From positions 287,644 through 351,643 of the forward strand of contig JACQEP010000010.1 of the NCBI GenBank assembly GCA_016200485.1: a stretch of 64,000 bases of DNA. Direction: 5' to 3'. Made by a program: the position numbers and the translations under genes. Origin of the DNA: Gammaproteobacteria bacterium (GTDB taxonomy: Bacteria > Pseudomonadota > Gammaproteobacteria > Tenderiales > Tenderiaceae). Numbering within the stretch: the stretch's first letter is position 1; the number at the start of each line of letters is the position of its first letter. A model generated the notes under the pieces. It did not search any database, had not been told where the DNA came from, and worked only from the letters and a program-made list of their open reading frames with translations. Of the stretch, positions 40,462-49,759 are shown in pieces.

Positions 40462-41550
40462 TTAGCGCACCGCCATACCTTGCGCAAACAACGGCAAACC
40501 GCCATCGACATTGCCCATACCGGTCAAACTGCCGTCGTGCTCGATCTTGAACATGTCTACACCACCGTTCGCCGGATCTACGGCGTAAACAAAACGGCCG
40601 TCCTTGGACACATCAATATCAAGCGGCCGATCACCGGCCCCGGCCAAACCATTCAGCAATGTCACGGCACCCGTCTGCGCATCAACGTGAAAGGCCGATA
40701 AGGAGTGCGTACCGGGATTGGTGGTAATGACATCGCCCCGCTGGTTCACAACGATCCAGCATGTTGCGATCTGGCCGTTAGCTGCTGATGCGGTAATGGT
40801 TTGCAAGCTGCCGTCGCGCAGCAGATCATAAGACGACACTGCATTACTGCCTGCCTCCACCGCCAGCAGATGCCCTACCCTGTCAAAAGCAACACCAAAG
40901 GGGACGTTGCCGGCGGATGCCGAGACCACAGGCGTGACATCCGGCAAGCCATGCTCACGCGTGCGATATACCAACAATCTGTTATTGGCTTTATCGGTGA
41001 CCACCAGCGACTTTCTCTGCGCATCGAATGCAACCTGACCAAAGGAGCCCGAGCCCAACGCACGCGTGGAATCCGGCAGTGGCACCAACTGCCCATGATC
41101 GCTCAACCGGAAACCTGTAATATTCGCGGGGACACCGTTGTTGAGCACATAAACGATATGTTCCGAAACGGTCACACTCACCGGAAAACTGCCGCCGGAA
41201 CCGGTTCTGTCACTCAACTCGATACCATCATTCTTCACGCGGAACACAGAAATATCGTTGCTTCCCGCGTTAACGGCCAGCAACCATTTACCCTCGTCAG
41301 CGAGCACCAGCGATCCTTGAGACGCCAACGGATCCAAGCCGCCTCCGGAACCTTTGCCACCCGTAGAGACCGCATCTGTTTTAATGAGAATTCCTTGCGC
41401 ATCACGGCTAAAAACAACGATCCGGTTATCTTCAGGCGCGTTAGTCATGGTATATGCCGCGCCTCCTGAATGAGCCTGCGCGCCGAACGATCCTAACAGG
41501 AATATCGCCGCTGTCGCGCTCCCTAGAAAATATCTTTTAATGTCCATGAT
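40462..41550 (-). CDS. secreted 7-bladed beta-propeller lactonase-family protein (YVTN/3-carboxymuconate-cyclase-like)
   Basis: A signal peptide (MDIKRYFLGSATAAIFLLGSFGAQA) is followed by repeated propeller-like blades (SVF..., VYAVDPANGG...). The start is set at the internal Met at 41550. Confidence 0.65.
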   Translation of the reverse strand: MMDIKRYFLGSATAAIFLLGSFGAQAHSGGAAYTMTNAPEDNRIVVFSRDAQGILIKTDAVSTGGKGSGGGLDPLASQGSLVLADEGKWLLAVNAGSNDISVFRVKNDGIELSDRTGSGGSFPVSVTVSEHIVYVLNNGVPANITGFRLSDHGQLVPLPDSTRALGSGSFGQVAFDAQRKSLVVTDKANNRLLVYRTREHGLPDVTPVVSASAGNVPFGVAFDRVGHLLAVEAGSNAVSSYDLLRDGSLQTITASAANGQIATCWIVVNQRGDVITTNPGTHSLSAFHVDAQTGAVTLLNGLAGAGDRPLDIDVSKDGRFVYAVDPANGGVDMFKIEHDGSLTGMGNVDGGLPLFAQGMAVR

Positions 41551-41694
41551 TTTTTTCCTCTTGGTTGTGAATGAAGAAAGATCAAATCGGCGGCCCAATG
41601 CCGCCTTCGCGGTACTGCTGTCCGCGTGCAGCCGCCTCGTAACGCCAAATAGCGTCAAAGTTGCAATGATGAAATAGATTTACCCGCGCCGGCC

Positions 41695-41741
41695 GGTGCT
41701 CGCAGATAAAGACGCGGGACTCCCCGCTTTGTTACAGATGG
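41695..41741 (-). promoter_or_regulatory. putative ECF-sigma-type promoter of the lactonase gene (second copy of shared motif)
   Basis: The minus-strand reading ...CTGTAACAAAGCGGGGAGTCCCGCGTCTTTATCTGCGAGCACC lies between the anti-sigma gene's 3' end and the lactonase start. Confidence 0.45.
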
Positions 41742-41750
41742 GAATGAAAA

Positions 41751-42014
41751 TTACTGATCTTTTTTCGAAGTGGACTTCGAGGAGGAGGATTGGCGCTGGC
41801 GCAGCAGCAAGGCCACCTGATTATCAATGGCGCCGCTGTCTGGAGATTTCTTCAAGCCCGCCAGCGTACTGACAGTGGTTCGCATCTGACGAATGAAGTT
41901 GCGGCAATGAACGCAGATAAACAGGTGCCAGCGGAATTGAATCCTCCCCCATAAGGAGAGGCGTTTTTCCAGGTAGTCACTGGCGTGGTCATGAATATCC
42001 CGGCACTTAAACAT
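41751..42014 (-). CDS. anti-sigma factor, zf-HC2 (putative zinc-finger) type
   Basis: H-x3-C-x2-C motif (WHLFICVHCRNF) near the N-terminus. Its start codon overlaps the sigma-factor stop (TAATG), indicating translational coupling. Confidence 0.65.
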   Translation of the reverse strand: MFKCRDIHDHASDYLEKRLSLWGRIQFRWHLFICVHCRNFIRQMRTTVSTLAGLKKSPDSGAIDNQVALLLRQRQSSSSKSTSKKDQ

Positions 42015-42622
42015 TAGCCAGCCTCGCCGCGCTGAAATTGATCGATGGCCTGCCACAGTCGCAAGCGGGCGCGATGCAACAACACTCGACTATTAGACTC
42101 GGAAAGCTCCAGAATATTACAAATTTCATCCATCTCCAGCCCCTCAACATCGCGCAGCGTCAACACCGTCCGTTGCACTTCCGGCAACGCAACAAGCGTA
42201 CAATCGATCACTGCCCGTAATTGTTCACTGGCCAACATCAGTTCCGGGGTATCTTGATGCCAGTGGCCGGGCGGTTCCACCCAGTGACCATCCGGCTGAA
42301 ACATCTGGCCAGCGGCTGCGGCGACCAACTCAATATCTGCGGCATCCCCGACAGCGACCGAACGCCGCTCGCGGCGCAGACGCGTTTTGGCCAGATTGCC
42401 GACAATTTGCAGAATCCAGGTCTTAAGACTGGCACGCCGTTCAAACTGAGGCAGGGCCTGGATCACGGCCAGCCAGGCATCCTGCACGATTTCTTCGGCA
42501 AACTCGCTACCGATAATGGCGCGCGCCACATGCTGCATCAGTCCATGATACTCGCCAACGACGTGCCGGAATGCCTCCTCGTCGCCCGCCAGTAATCTGG
42601 TAATTAATTCGCCGTCATCCAT
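42014..42622 (-). CDS. ECF (group IV) sigma-70 family RNA polymerase sigma factor
   Basis: 202 aa with sigma-2 (…FRHVVGEYHGLMQHVAR…) and sigma-4 (LPEVQRTVLTLRDVEGLEMDEICNILELSESNSRVLLHRAR) regions. Confidence 0.85.
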   Translation of the reverse strand: MDDGELITRLLAGDEEAFRHVVGEYHGLMQHVARAIIGSEFAEEIVQDAWLAVIQALPQFERRASLKTWILQIVGNLAKTRLRRERRSVAVGDAADIELVAAAAGQMFQPDGHWVEPPGHWHQDTPELMLASEQLRAVIDCTLVALPEVQRTVLTLRDVEGLEMDEICNILELSESNSRVLLHRARLRLWQAIDQFQRGEAG

Positions 42623-42680
42623 GACCGGTTAGCTTAGGTTGTTTAGGCAGCGCAATACAAGCTGGCTCGAGATGCAATCA

Positions 42681-43373
42681 TCATGAAATCTTTTTAAACA
42701 GCAAATCCCAGATGCCATGCCCCAGCCGCTGGCCTCGGCTTTCAAATTTGGTGACAGGTCGGTAATCCGGTCGCTCGGCACATTGACCGGCACCAGCGAG
42801 ATTTTCGAAACCTTCAGCCGCATTTAATACATCCATCATCCACTCAGCATAATCCTGCCAGTCCGTCGCCAGATGCAACACGCCGTTGACTTTGAGCTTA
42901 CGCCGCAATAACTGAATAAAATCGGGCTGAATCAGCCGCCGTTTGTGATGCTTTTTTTTATGCCAGGGATCAGGAAAGAAAATCAGCACTCGATCGAACG
43001 ATTGATCCGGAATCCGTGTTTGCAGAATATCGACGGCGTCGGCACAAAGCACGCGCACATTGGTACTGCCTTGCTCACCCAGCCTGGACAGCAAACGGCC
43101 AACACCTGGCCGATGCACTTCAATACCGAGAAAATCCTGCTCGGGATGCGTCGCCGCCAATGGTGCCAGCGCATCACCCATACCAAAACCAATCTCCAAC
43201 GTGAGCGGTGCGGAGCGGCCATATATTTCAATAAAATTTAATGGCGTCGCACCTGGTTCCAGGCCAACGCGTGGCCACATTTCATCCAGGGCACGCTGTT
43301 GTGCTGCCGTGGTGCGGCCAATGCGACGGACAAAACTGCGGACGGTGCGGAGGGGACGATTGCTATTGGGCAT
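42681..43373 (-). CDS. trmB: tRNA (guanine-N7)-methyltransferase
   Basis: 230 aa with a SAM-binding motif (LEIGFGMG) and a conserved FPDPWHKKKHHKRR segment. Confidence 0.9.
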   Translation of the reverse strand: MPNSNRPLRTVRSFVRRIGRTTAAQQRALDEMWPRVGLEPGATPLNFIEIYGRSAPLTLEIGFGMGDALAPLAATHPEQDFLGIEVHRPGVGRLLSRLGEQGSTNVRVLCADAVDILQTRIPDQSFDRVLIFFPDPWHKKKHHKRRLIQPDFIQLLRRKLKVNGVLHLATDWQDYAEWMMDVLNAAEGFENLAGAGQCAERPDYRPVTKFESRGQRLGHGIWDLLFKKIS

Positions 43374-43542
43374 GGTTAACCACGAAAAAACCCTTTAAAA
43401 TCGCAAAGGACGCGAAGGATCGCGAAGTTATTGCATTCACCAACGATAGATACCTTCAACTGGGCAACAGTATTTATAAGCGAGATACATTTCGGTAAAT
43501 CTTAGCGCACCTTTGCGGCCTTAGCGGTTTTGTATTTAAGTA

Positions 43543-44364
43543 TTAGAAAAAAGCTCCCTCCACTGGCGACGAGGCACTGGCGTATAGCTTGCGTGGCATA
43601 CGTCCCGCGAGGAATGATTCACGCCCGGCTTCGACCGCTTTTTTCATCGCCGAGGCCATTAATATGGGATTTTTTGCAGCGGCGATCGCGGTATTCATCA
43701 ACACACCATCACAACCAAGTTCCATGGCGACTGCAGCATCTGAAGCAGTGCCGACACCCGCATCGACCAACACCGGTACTTTCAATTCTTCAACGATGAA
43801 GCGGATGTTGTAGGGATTGCGTATCCCCAGTCCGGAACCGATCGGCGCGCCGAGCGGCATGACGGCCACACAACCCATCGCTTCCAATTCCTTGGCGACG
43901 ATCAAATCATCCGAAGTATAGACCATGACCTTAAAACCATCCTTGATCAGCACTTCCGCAGCTTTCAGGGTCGCCATCACATTGGGAAATAATGTCTTCT
44001 CATCACCCAAGACTTCCAGCTTCACCAGATCGTGGCCATCGAGCAATTCACGCGCCAAGCGACAGGTGCGGATCGCATCCTCAGCGCTGTAACAACCGGC
44101 GGTATTGGGCAGATAGGTGTAGCGGCTCGGCGGCAACACATCGAGCAGACTTGGTTCATTTGGATTCTGGCCGATGTTGGTACGGCGAATGGCGACGGTG
44201 ATGATTTCTGCACCACTGGCTTCAACAGCACGGCGCGTTTCTTCCATGTCACGATATTTGCCGGTACCCACCAACAGGCGCGATTGATAGGCCTTGCCGG
44301 CCACAATTAACGGATCGTTCGCGGCAGTCGTTTCTTCGCGCGTAAGTTGTGCTGTGTCAGTCAT
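43543..44364 (-). CDS. thiG: thiazole synthase ThiG
   Basis: 273 aa (ThiG TIM barrel, …[13 protein letters not shown]…). thiS lies immediately upstream. Confidence 0.9.
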   Translation of the reverse strand: MTDTAQLTREETTAANDPLIVAGKAYQSRLLVGTGKYRDMEETRRAVEASGAEIITVAIRRTNIGQNPNEPSLLDVLPPSRYTYLPNTAGCYSAEDAIRTCRLARELLDGHDLVKLEVLGDEKTLFPNVMATLKAAEVLIKDGFKVMVYTSDDLIVAKELEAMGCVAVMPLGAPIGSGLGIRNPYNIRFIVEELKVPVLVDAGVGTASDAAVAMELGCDGVLMNTAIAAAKNPILMASAMKKAVEAGRESFLAGRMPRKLYASASSPVEGAFF

Positions 44365-44395
44365 GCTATTTATCCTGATTTAAACTGCTAACGTA

Positions 44396-44596
44396 TTATC
44401 CGCCGCCAATGGCATGCACGATTTCAACCTTGTCTCCGGAAGAAAACCGCTGCGCGGCATGAAGACTGCGCGGCACAATCTCGAGATTAACCTCCACTGC
44501 CAGTCGCCGTCCTTGCAACCCCATGTCCGCAATCAAATTGGCGACGGTGTAATCCTCAGCCACCTGCCGAGGCACTCCATTCACAACAATTTCCAT
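44396..44596 (-). CDS. thiS: sulfur carrier protein ThiS
   Basis: 66 aa ending in GG, with a ubiquitin-like length. It lies upstream of thiG. Confidence 0.8.
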   Translation of the reverse strand: MEIVVNGVPRQVAEDYTVANLIADMGLQGRRLAVEVNLEIVPRSLHAAQRFSSGDKVEIVHAIGGG

Positions 44597-44694
44597 CCAC
44601 TGCTCCCGTCACAACCGGTCATGCTCAAGAAGGGGGCCATTTTACATCAATCGGATTGACCTTAGGATCTGAACCAGTGAAAATGTGGCTCCTC

Positions 44695-44769
44695 GCGGGC
44701 GTCGTATAATGGCTATTACCCTAGCTTCCCAAGCTAGAGACGTGGGTTCGATTCCCATCGCCCGCTCCA
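44695..44769 (+). tRNA. tRNA-Gly (anticodon CCC)
   Basis: Cloverleaf read by eye: acceptor GCGGGCG/CGCCCGC, anticodon stem ctagc/gctag with loop ttCCCaa, T-arm GGTTCGATTCC, and a 3' CCA. Confidence 0.85.
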
Positions 44770-44836
44770 AGCTCATATTTAACAACGAAGAAGGGGGCTA
44801 AGCCCCCTTCTTTACATCAACTCCCTCCGCCCCCAA

Positions 44837-45322
44837 TTACAAACTACGGCGCTGCGGCAAAACCTGCTCCAGTGCCAGATGCTCATGCAATTCCTGGGGC
44901 GCCAGTTTGGTCAAATTCTTGGGCACTTCGCTGATCTCCAGCCCGGCCTTTGGCGACGCGGTGAACGCGCCGCGCAAATAACCCAACATCCGCTTGTCCG
45001 CCACCAGCACCAAGTGCTTCGCCTTTTGATCCCCCACTGCTTTCAATGCAGTCTCCGCTATCTTTTTGGCGAAACGCCGTTCGTTCTCCTCGTGGTGCTG
45101 ACTGCGGTGATCGTCAAAACTTTGGCCACCACCACCGTCTGGCGCCATCACCCTGCCTGGCCGGGTGTCGCTGAATAACTCCGCCCCCGACGCGACACCT
45201 TCCGGGTTGATCAGATCGCTCTTTTCGATGAGGTTGGGGCCACCCTTGGCCACTTGCCCGGATTCGAGGAGAAAAAAACGGGCCCTGGCACCGTCGGTCA
45301 CGACTACGCAATAGTTATTCAT
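44837..45322 (-). CDS. host-attachment-protein family (Host_attach/PF10116-like) protein
   Basis: About 160 aa. The pattern (YCVVVTDGARARFF...HLVLVADKRMLGYLR) is what I recall for the 'protein required for attachment to host cells' family. The start is at the internal Met (MNNYC). Confidence 0.55.
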   Translation of the reverse strand: MNNYCVVVTDGARARFFLLESGQVAKGGPNLIEKSDLINPEGVASGAELFSDTRPGRVMAPDGGGGQSFDDHRSQHHEENERRFAKKIAETALKAVGDQKAKHLVLVADKRMLGYLRGAFTASPKAGLEISEVPKNLTKLAPQELHEHLALEQVLPQRRSL

Positions 45323-45422
45323 ATCACCCTCCAATCGTTGAAACAATCAACAGCCCTTTGTTAAATCATGGACCTGAAAGGCAGGGAAAACAAGGATCCG
45401 CATACAAACTCGCGGGAAAAAT

Positions 45423-45524
45423 TTAGTGCCCGAAAAAGCCCAGCATGTAGAGCATCAACAACAGGGTTATGATGCCGGACACGACGAATACACTAATGAT
45501 CATGAGCGCAAAAACAGCTCGCAT
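45423..45524 (-). CDS. possible 33-aa single-TM small membrane peptide (not in ORF track)
   Basis: ATG...TAA translates to MRAVFALMIISVFVVSGIITLLLMLYMLGFFGH. It is fully hydrophobic and has a weak RBS. Confidence 0.25.
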   Translation of the reverse strand: MRAVFALMIISVFVVSGIITLLLMLYMLGFFGH

Positions 45525-45562
45525 AAGTTGACCTGATTACTCTGACGAGTTTGAAGGATGAA

Positions 45563-45967
45563 TTATTGGGTTGCTACTGCGGGGTCATTATACATCAACC
45601 TCAAGGGCTTATTGCAGGCCGGACAATAGGTCCGTTTGGGCAGCCAGTCACTTGGCTCCAGGGGGATGGCGATCTCTTGGCCGCAGGCCGGACATACCCC
45701 CCCCACCTTTTCCAGCGCTGATTTCATGCCATAACGCCGCAAAGCCACAATCGGTCCTGCCAGTAAAAACGTGGGGACCAGCACAAAATGGGCAATCGGG
45801 ATAAACACCGTTACCAGCGCCACCGCCCATAGAATCACCAGCATTTTTAGCGCACGCCGCAAGCGCTCGGTATTTGAAAACGCTTGACTGTATAGAGTCC
45901 CTGCCTGAGCGGGGAAATTATCCGACTCAATCTCAATGATTGTTGTGTTGATTTCCATCACCACCAT
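45563..45967 (-). CDS. hypothetical membrane protein with C-terminal zinc-ribbon (CPAC...CPAC)
   Basis: Two TM helices are followed by C-x2-C...C-x2-C. The start is at Met 45967 with an AGGAA RBS. The longer listed ORF to 46117 lacks an RBS. Confidence 0.5.
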   Translation of the reverse strand: MVVMEINTTIIEIESDNFPAQAGTLYSQAFSNTERLRRALKMLVILWAVALVTVFIPIAHFVLVPTFLLAGPIVALRRYGMKSALEKVGGVCPACGQEIAIPLEPSDWLPKRTYCPACNKPLRLMYNDPAVATQ

Positions 45968-46220
45968 TATTCCTAATCTTCCGCCACTTGCCAACCCGCT
46001 GTTAATCCTGGAATCGGCAGTTGACCGCTTCCTTGGATATTTAACATTATGATACTCACTAACGTTCCCATGAAAATTGAGATCACCTGTTTGGTGAACT
46101 CGCTCTGAAAACCACACACTCCATCTCGTCCAACTACCAATTACAGGATAGCTGGTGAAAAGGGCGTGAATTTAGTATGGTAGACACCAATTTAGTTTCC
46201 ACATATCTCGACTACCTTGC

Positions 46221-48563
46221 ATGCCCATCAAAAAAATTCTTAAATACACTGGCGGTGCCATTGGCACTCTCCTGCTACTCATTGTCCTCGCAATCGCGGC
46301 GATACACTTGTTTTTTGATCCCAATCAACTAAAACCTCAGATCAGCGCCGCTGTCAAAGATGCCACGGGGCGCGAACTTACCATTAGCGGCGATATTGGG
46401 TTATCAGTATTCCCCTGGCTCGGCATCGAACTGGGCGCGGCTTCGCTGAGCAATGCACCGGGATTTGACAACGAGCCGTTCGCCAAGATCGATAAGGCGG
46501 AGATCAAGATCAAACTGCTGCCCTTGTTAAAACATGAAGTACAGATGAAAACTGTGGCACTCAATGGCATGGCCATCAATCTTGCCATCGCCAAAGATGG
46601 CACCAGCAACTGGCAAGACATCATGCAAGCACTTGCCAGTAACAAAGCCAAACCTGAGCCCGCCAAACCTGCTTCTGATTTCACCTTGGCCGCGATCGCC
46701 ATCAGCGGCCTGACAGTCAGTAACGCCAAAGCAGTTTACGATAACCAGCAAACTCAAAGCCGCTACGCGATTGAAAAACTAAACCTCAGCACCGGCCCGG
46801 TCGCGCTTGAAGCACCCATTGATTTCAAACTCGATGCCGATCTGAGCAGCAGCAAACCCAAGGCCACGGCCAACATCAAACTTGCCAGCCGTATCCACAT
46901 GGATCTGCCTAACAGCAAGTTTCAGTTGGAACAAACCCAACTTGATGTCAGCTTTGATAGTCCGGCGCTTAAACAGCAGGGCCAATTACAGATCGCCGGC
47001 AACATCCAGCTCGACACCGCGCAATCTCACTATCAAATCAAACCCGCCGATATTGGCTTGAAATCAAACCTGTTGCCAGGAGCACTGCGTCTCCACACCG
47101 ATATCGATGCCGATATGCAGGCCGGCAATGCCCATCTCGACAATCTGCGGCTTGAGCTGGCAAACATCACCGCCAATGGCAGCATCGCCGTCACTGGTCT
47201 CAATAGCGAAATTCATTATGAAGGTCAACTCAAAACGGCTGAATTCAATCCCCGGCAGACGATGCAAGCCCTCGCTATTGAAGCGCCTAAAACGGCGGAC
47301 GAGAAAGTTTTGCAAAGCGCTCGAACCGAACTTGCATTTGCGGGCGACTTGAACAATGCCGAGTTGAAACGCTTAATACTTAAACTCGATGAAACCACAC
47401 TCCAGGGCCAAGCCTCGGTACATAACTTTAGTGTTCCTGCATTAACATATGAACTCACTATCGACGCTATCGATGCCGATCGTTATTTGCCGCCCAAGGC
47501 TGATAAATCCGCTACGCCACCACCGACACCCGCCAGCGCGGGCGCAGCTGCCGCAACCTTGCCGCTGGTTACCTTGCGCAAACTTGATATCGACGGCAAA
47601 GCTTATATCGGCAAATTAAAAATATCCAACCTGCGACTCAATGACATTCGCACCACACTCAAAGCAAAAGACGGCGTGATCAAGTTAGCGCCTGTCTCTG
47701 CCAATCTCTATCAAGGCAGCTACCTGGGCGAGACACAAATTGATGCCCGTGGCGACACACCCAAAGTCAGCCTCAAGGAATCGCTGCGCGGCATTCAGGC
47801 CGGACCGTTGCTCAAGGATTTTATGGGCGACGACATGATCAATGGCAAAGGCAGTCTGGAGGCTAATCTGACTGCAGAGGGACTGACACCCGCCGAGATC
47901 ACCAAAACACTCAACGGTCAGCTACAGCTCAGCTTCGCCAATATTTCAATGAAGGGATTAAACATTGCTGCCAAGGCACGCGAGGCGCGCGCCAAACTCA
48001 AGCGTGAAACCGCTCCAAAAGCAACCGAGGCCCGCCCTACCGATTTCAGCGAAGTGAAAGCCTCTGTACAGGCTCACAATGGCGTACTGACTAACAACGA
48101 TCTCAGCGCCAAGGCACCGTTTGCGCGCATTGCAGGTGCCGGCACCGTCGATTTGGTGCAAGAACAGCTGGATTACAGGGTCAACGCCAAAATCGTCGCC
48201 AGCAGCGAAGGTGAAGGCGGTGCTGATTTGAATTTTCTTAAAGGATTAACCATTCCAGTACGCATCAGCGGCCCATTAAAGGCGCCGAAATTCGATTTGC
48301 AATACGACGATATGCTGAAAGACAAACTGACGCAGGAAAAGGCTGAGCTGAAGGAAAAGCTCGATGCCAAATTACAACAGGAAAAAGCCGCATTACAGGA
48401 AAAACTGGATAAGGAAAAAGCCGCTATTCAGGAACGCTTGAAACAAGAACAACAACAAGTTCAACAAAAACTTGAACAAAAAACTGAACAGAAACGCGAA
48501 GAGATTAAGCAACAGACACAAGACAAGCTAAAGGAAAAGCTCAAGGGTTTTCTCAACAGGTAA
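46221..48563 (+). CDS. asmA: AsmA family outer-membrane assembly protein with C-terminal KEKL-type coiled-coil repeat tail
   Basis: 780 aa with an N-terminal TM anchor and AsmA-like N and C regions. The last ~90 aa are low-complexity (QEKAELKEKLDAKLQQEKAALQEKLDKEK...). Confidence 0.8.
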   Translation: MPIKKILKYTGGAIGTLLLLIVLAIAAIHLFFDPNQLKPQISAAVKDATGRELTISGDIGLSVFPWLGIELGAASLSNAPGFDNEPFAKIDKAEIKIKLLPLLKHEVQMKTVALNGMAINLAIAKDGTSNWQDIMQALASNKAKPEPAKPASDFTLAAIAISGLTVSNAKAVYDNQQTQSRYAIEKLNLSTGPVALEAPIDFKLDADLSSSKPKATANIKLASRIHMDLPNSKFQLEQTQLDVSFDSPALKQQGQLQIAGNIQLDTAQSHYQIKPADIGLKSNLLPGALRLHTDIDADMQAGNAHLDNLRLELANITANGSIAVTGLNSEIHYEGQLKTAEFNPRQTMQALAIEAPKTADEKVLQSARTELAFAGDLNNAELKRLILKLDETTLQGQASVHNFSVPALTYELTIDAIDADRYLPPKADKSATPPPTPASAGAAAATLPLVTLRKLDIDGKAYIGKLKISNLRLNDIRTTLKAKDGVIKLAPVSANLYQGSYLGETQIDARGDTPKVSLKESLRGIQAGPLLKDFMGDDMINGKGSLEANLTAEGLTPAEITKTLNGQLQLSFANISMKGLNIAAKAREARAKLKRETAPKATEARPTDFSEVKASVQAHNGVLTNNDLSAKAPFARIAGAGTVDLVQEQLDYRVNAKIVASSEGEGGADLNFLKGLTIPVRISGPLKAPKFDLQYDDMLKDKLTQEKAELKEKLDAKLQQEKAALQEKLDKEKAAIQERLKQEQQQVQQKLEQKTEQKREEIKQQTQDKLKEKLKGFLNR

Positions 48564-48567
48564 AACG

Positions 48568-48600
48568 CGGTAGGGGCGGGTTTAAAACCCGCCCCTGCGG
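48568..48600. terminator. palindromic hairpin gcggtaggggcgggtttaaaacccgcccctgcgg after asmA stop
   Basis: Near-perfect palindrome belonging to the same family as 30491-30519. Confidence 0.5.
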
Positions 48601-48619
48601 GCAAACAAGATACAACAAA

Positions 48620-49696
48620 ATGTCCAACAAAAATTTCAGCCAACAGCTATTGACGTGGTTCGACTATCACGGCCGCAAAGATCTGCCGTGGCAACAGAAC
48701 CCGACGCCATATCGCGTCTGGGTCTCTGAAATCATGTTGCAACAAACGCAGGTCAGCACGGTTATCGATTATTTCACGCGCTTCATGCAGCGTTTTCCCG
48801 ATGTCCAGTCATTGGCCAACGCCGAGCTCGATGAAGTGCTGCACCTGTGGACGGGATTGGGTTACTACGCCCGCGCCCGCAATCTGCATCGTGCGGCTCA
48901 AATTATCCGTGATGAATACAACGGCGAGTTTCCTACCAACATTGCAGACGTCATCAACTTGCCAGGGATTGGCTTATCCACGGCGGGCGCCATTTTGAGT
49001 TTGGCGCTTAATCAACGACAGCCAATTCTCGATGGCAATGTCAAACGCGTCTTAAGCCGGTATCACGGCATTGAAGGTTGGCCTGGCACGCCAGCCATTG
49101 AAAAAGCAATGTGGCAACTGGCGGAACAGCACACACCTATGCAACGTAACGCTGCCTACACGCAGGCAATCATGGATCTGGGCGCCACACTGTGTAACCG
49201 TCGCCCAGACTGTGATCGCTGCCCGGTACACACTGGCTGCGTCGCACAACAGCAAGGATTACAGACACAACTGCCCTCGCCCAAACCGAAAAAGGCGTTG
49301 CCGCTAAAACGGACAGTGATGCTGGTACTGCGCAATGCTGCGGGCGAGGTGCTCTTGCATCAACGCCCGCCCACTGGTATTTGGGGCGGCTTGTGGAGTT
49401 TTCCTGAAGCTACAGCCAATGATGACCAGACACTGCGCCAATGGTCTGCAGATCAACTTGGCCACGAAATTACTATCCGCGAACGCTGGCCGACCGTGCG
49501 CCACACCTTCAGTCATTTCCACCTCGACATCGAACCCGTGGTTGCTGAACTCCGCCACAGCTCACCCCAAATCCGTGAAGCCAGCGCCGTGCAATGGCTT
49601 GCTCCCGGCCAACCACCCAAACTGGGGCTGGCGGCGCCCGTTAAGCTGCTGCTGCAACAACTCGCCCAGCGTTCAGCCGAGGTCGCTAATCCCTGA
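48620..49696 (+). CDS. mutY: A/G-specific adenine DNA glycosylase MutY
   Basis: 358 aa with HhH-GPD and a 4-Cys [4Fe-4S] cluster (C-x6-C-x2-C-x5-C: CNRRPDCDRCPVHTGC), plus a C-terminal NUDIX-like domain. Confidence 0.9.
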   Translation: MSNKNFSQQLLTWFDYHGRKDLPWQQNPTPYRVWVSEIMLQQTQVSTVIDYFTRFMQRFPDVQSLANAELDEVLHLWTGLGYYARARNLHRAAQIIRDEYNGEFPTNIADVINLPGIGLSTAGAILSLALNQRQPILDGNVKRVLSRYHGIEGWPGTPAIEKAMWQLAEQHTPMQRNAAYTQAIMDLGATLCNRRPDCDRCPVHTGCVAQQQGLQTQLPSPKPKKALPLKRTVMLVLRNAAGEVLLHQRPPTGIWGGLWSFPEATANDDQTLRQWSADQLGHEITIRERWPTVRHTFSHFHLDIEPVVAELRHSSPQIREASAVQWLAPGQPPKLGLAAPVKLLLQQLAQRSAEVANP

Positions 49697-49759
49697 TAGA
49701 AACGACGGATTGCTCTCTGTTAGAATCCAGCGCTCAAAATAGCAATGGGGACCACAACC

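Noticed and set aside
42056-42056. Long form of the anti-sigma gene (start 42056 inside the sigma gene)
   Set aside because: The internal Met at 42014 gives a TAATG stop/start overlap with the sigma gene and places the zf-HC2 motif at the expected N-terminal position.
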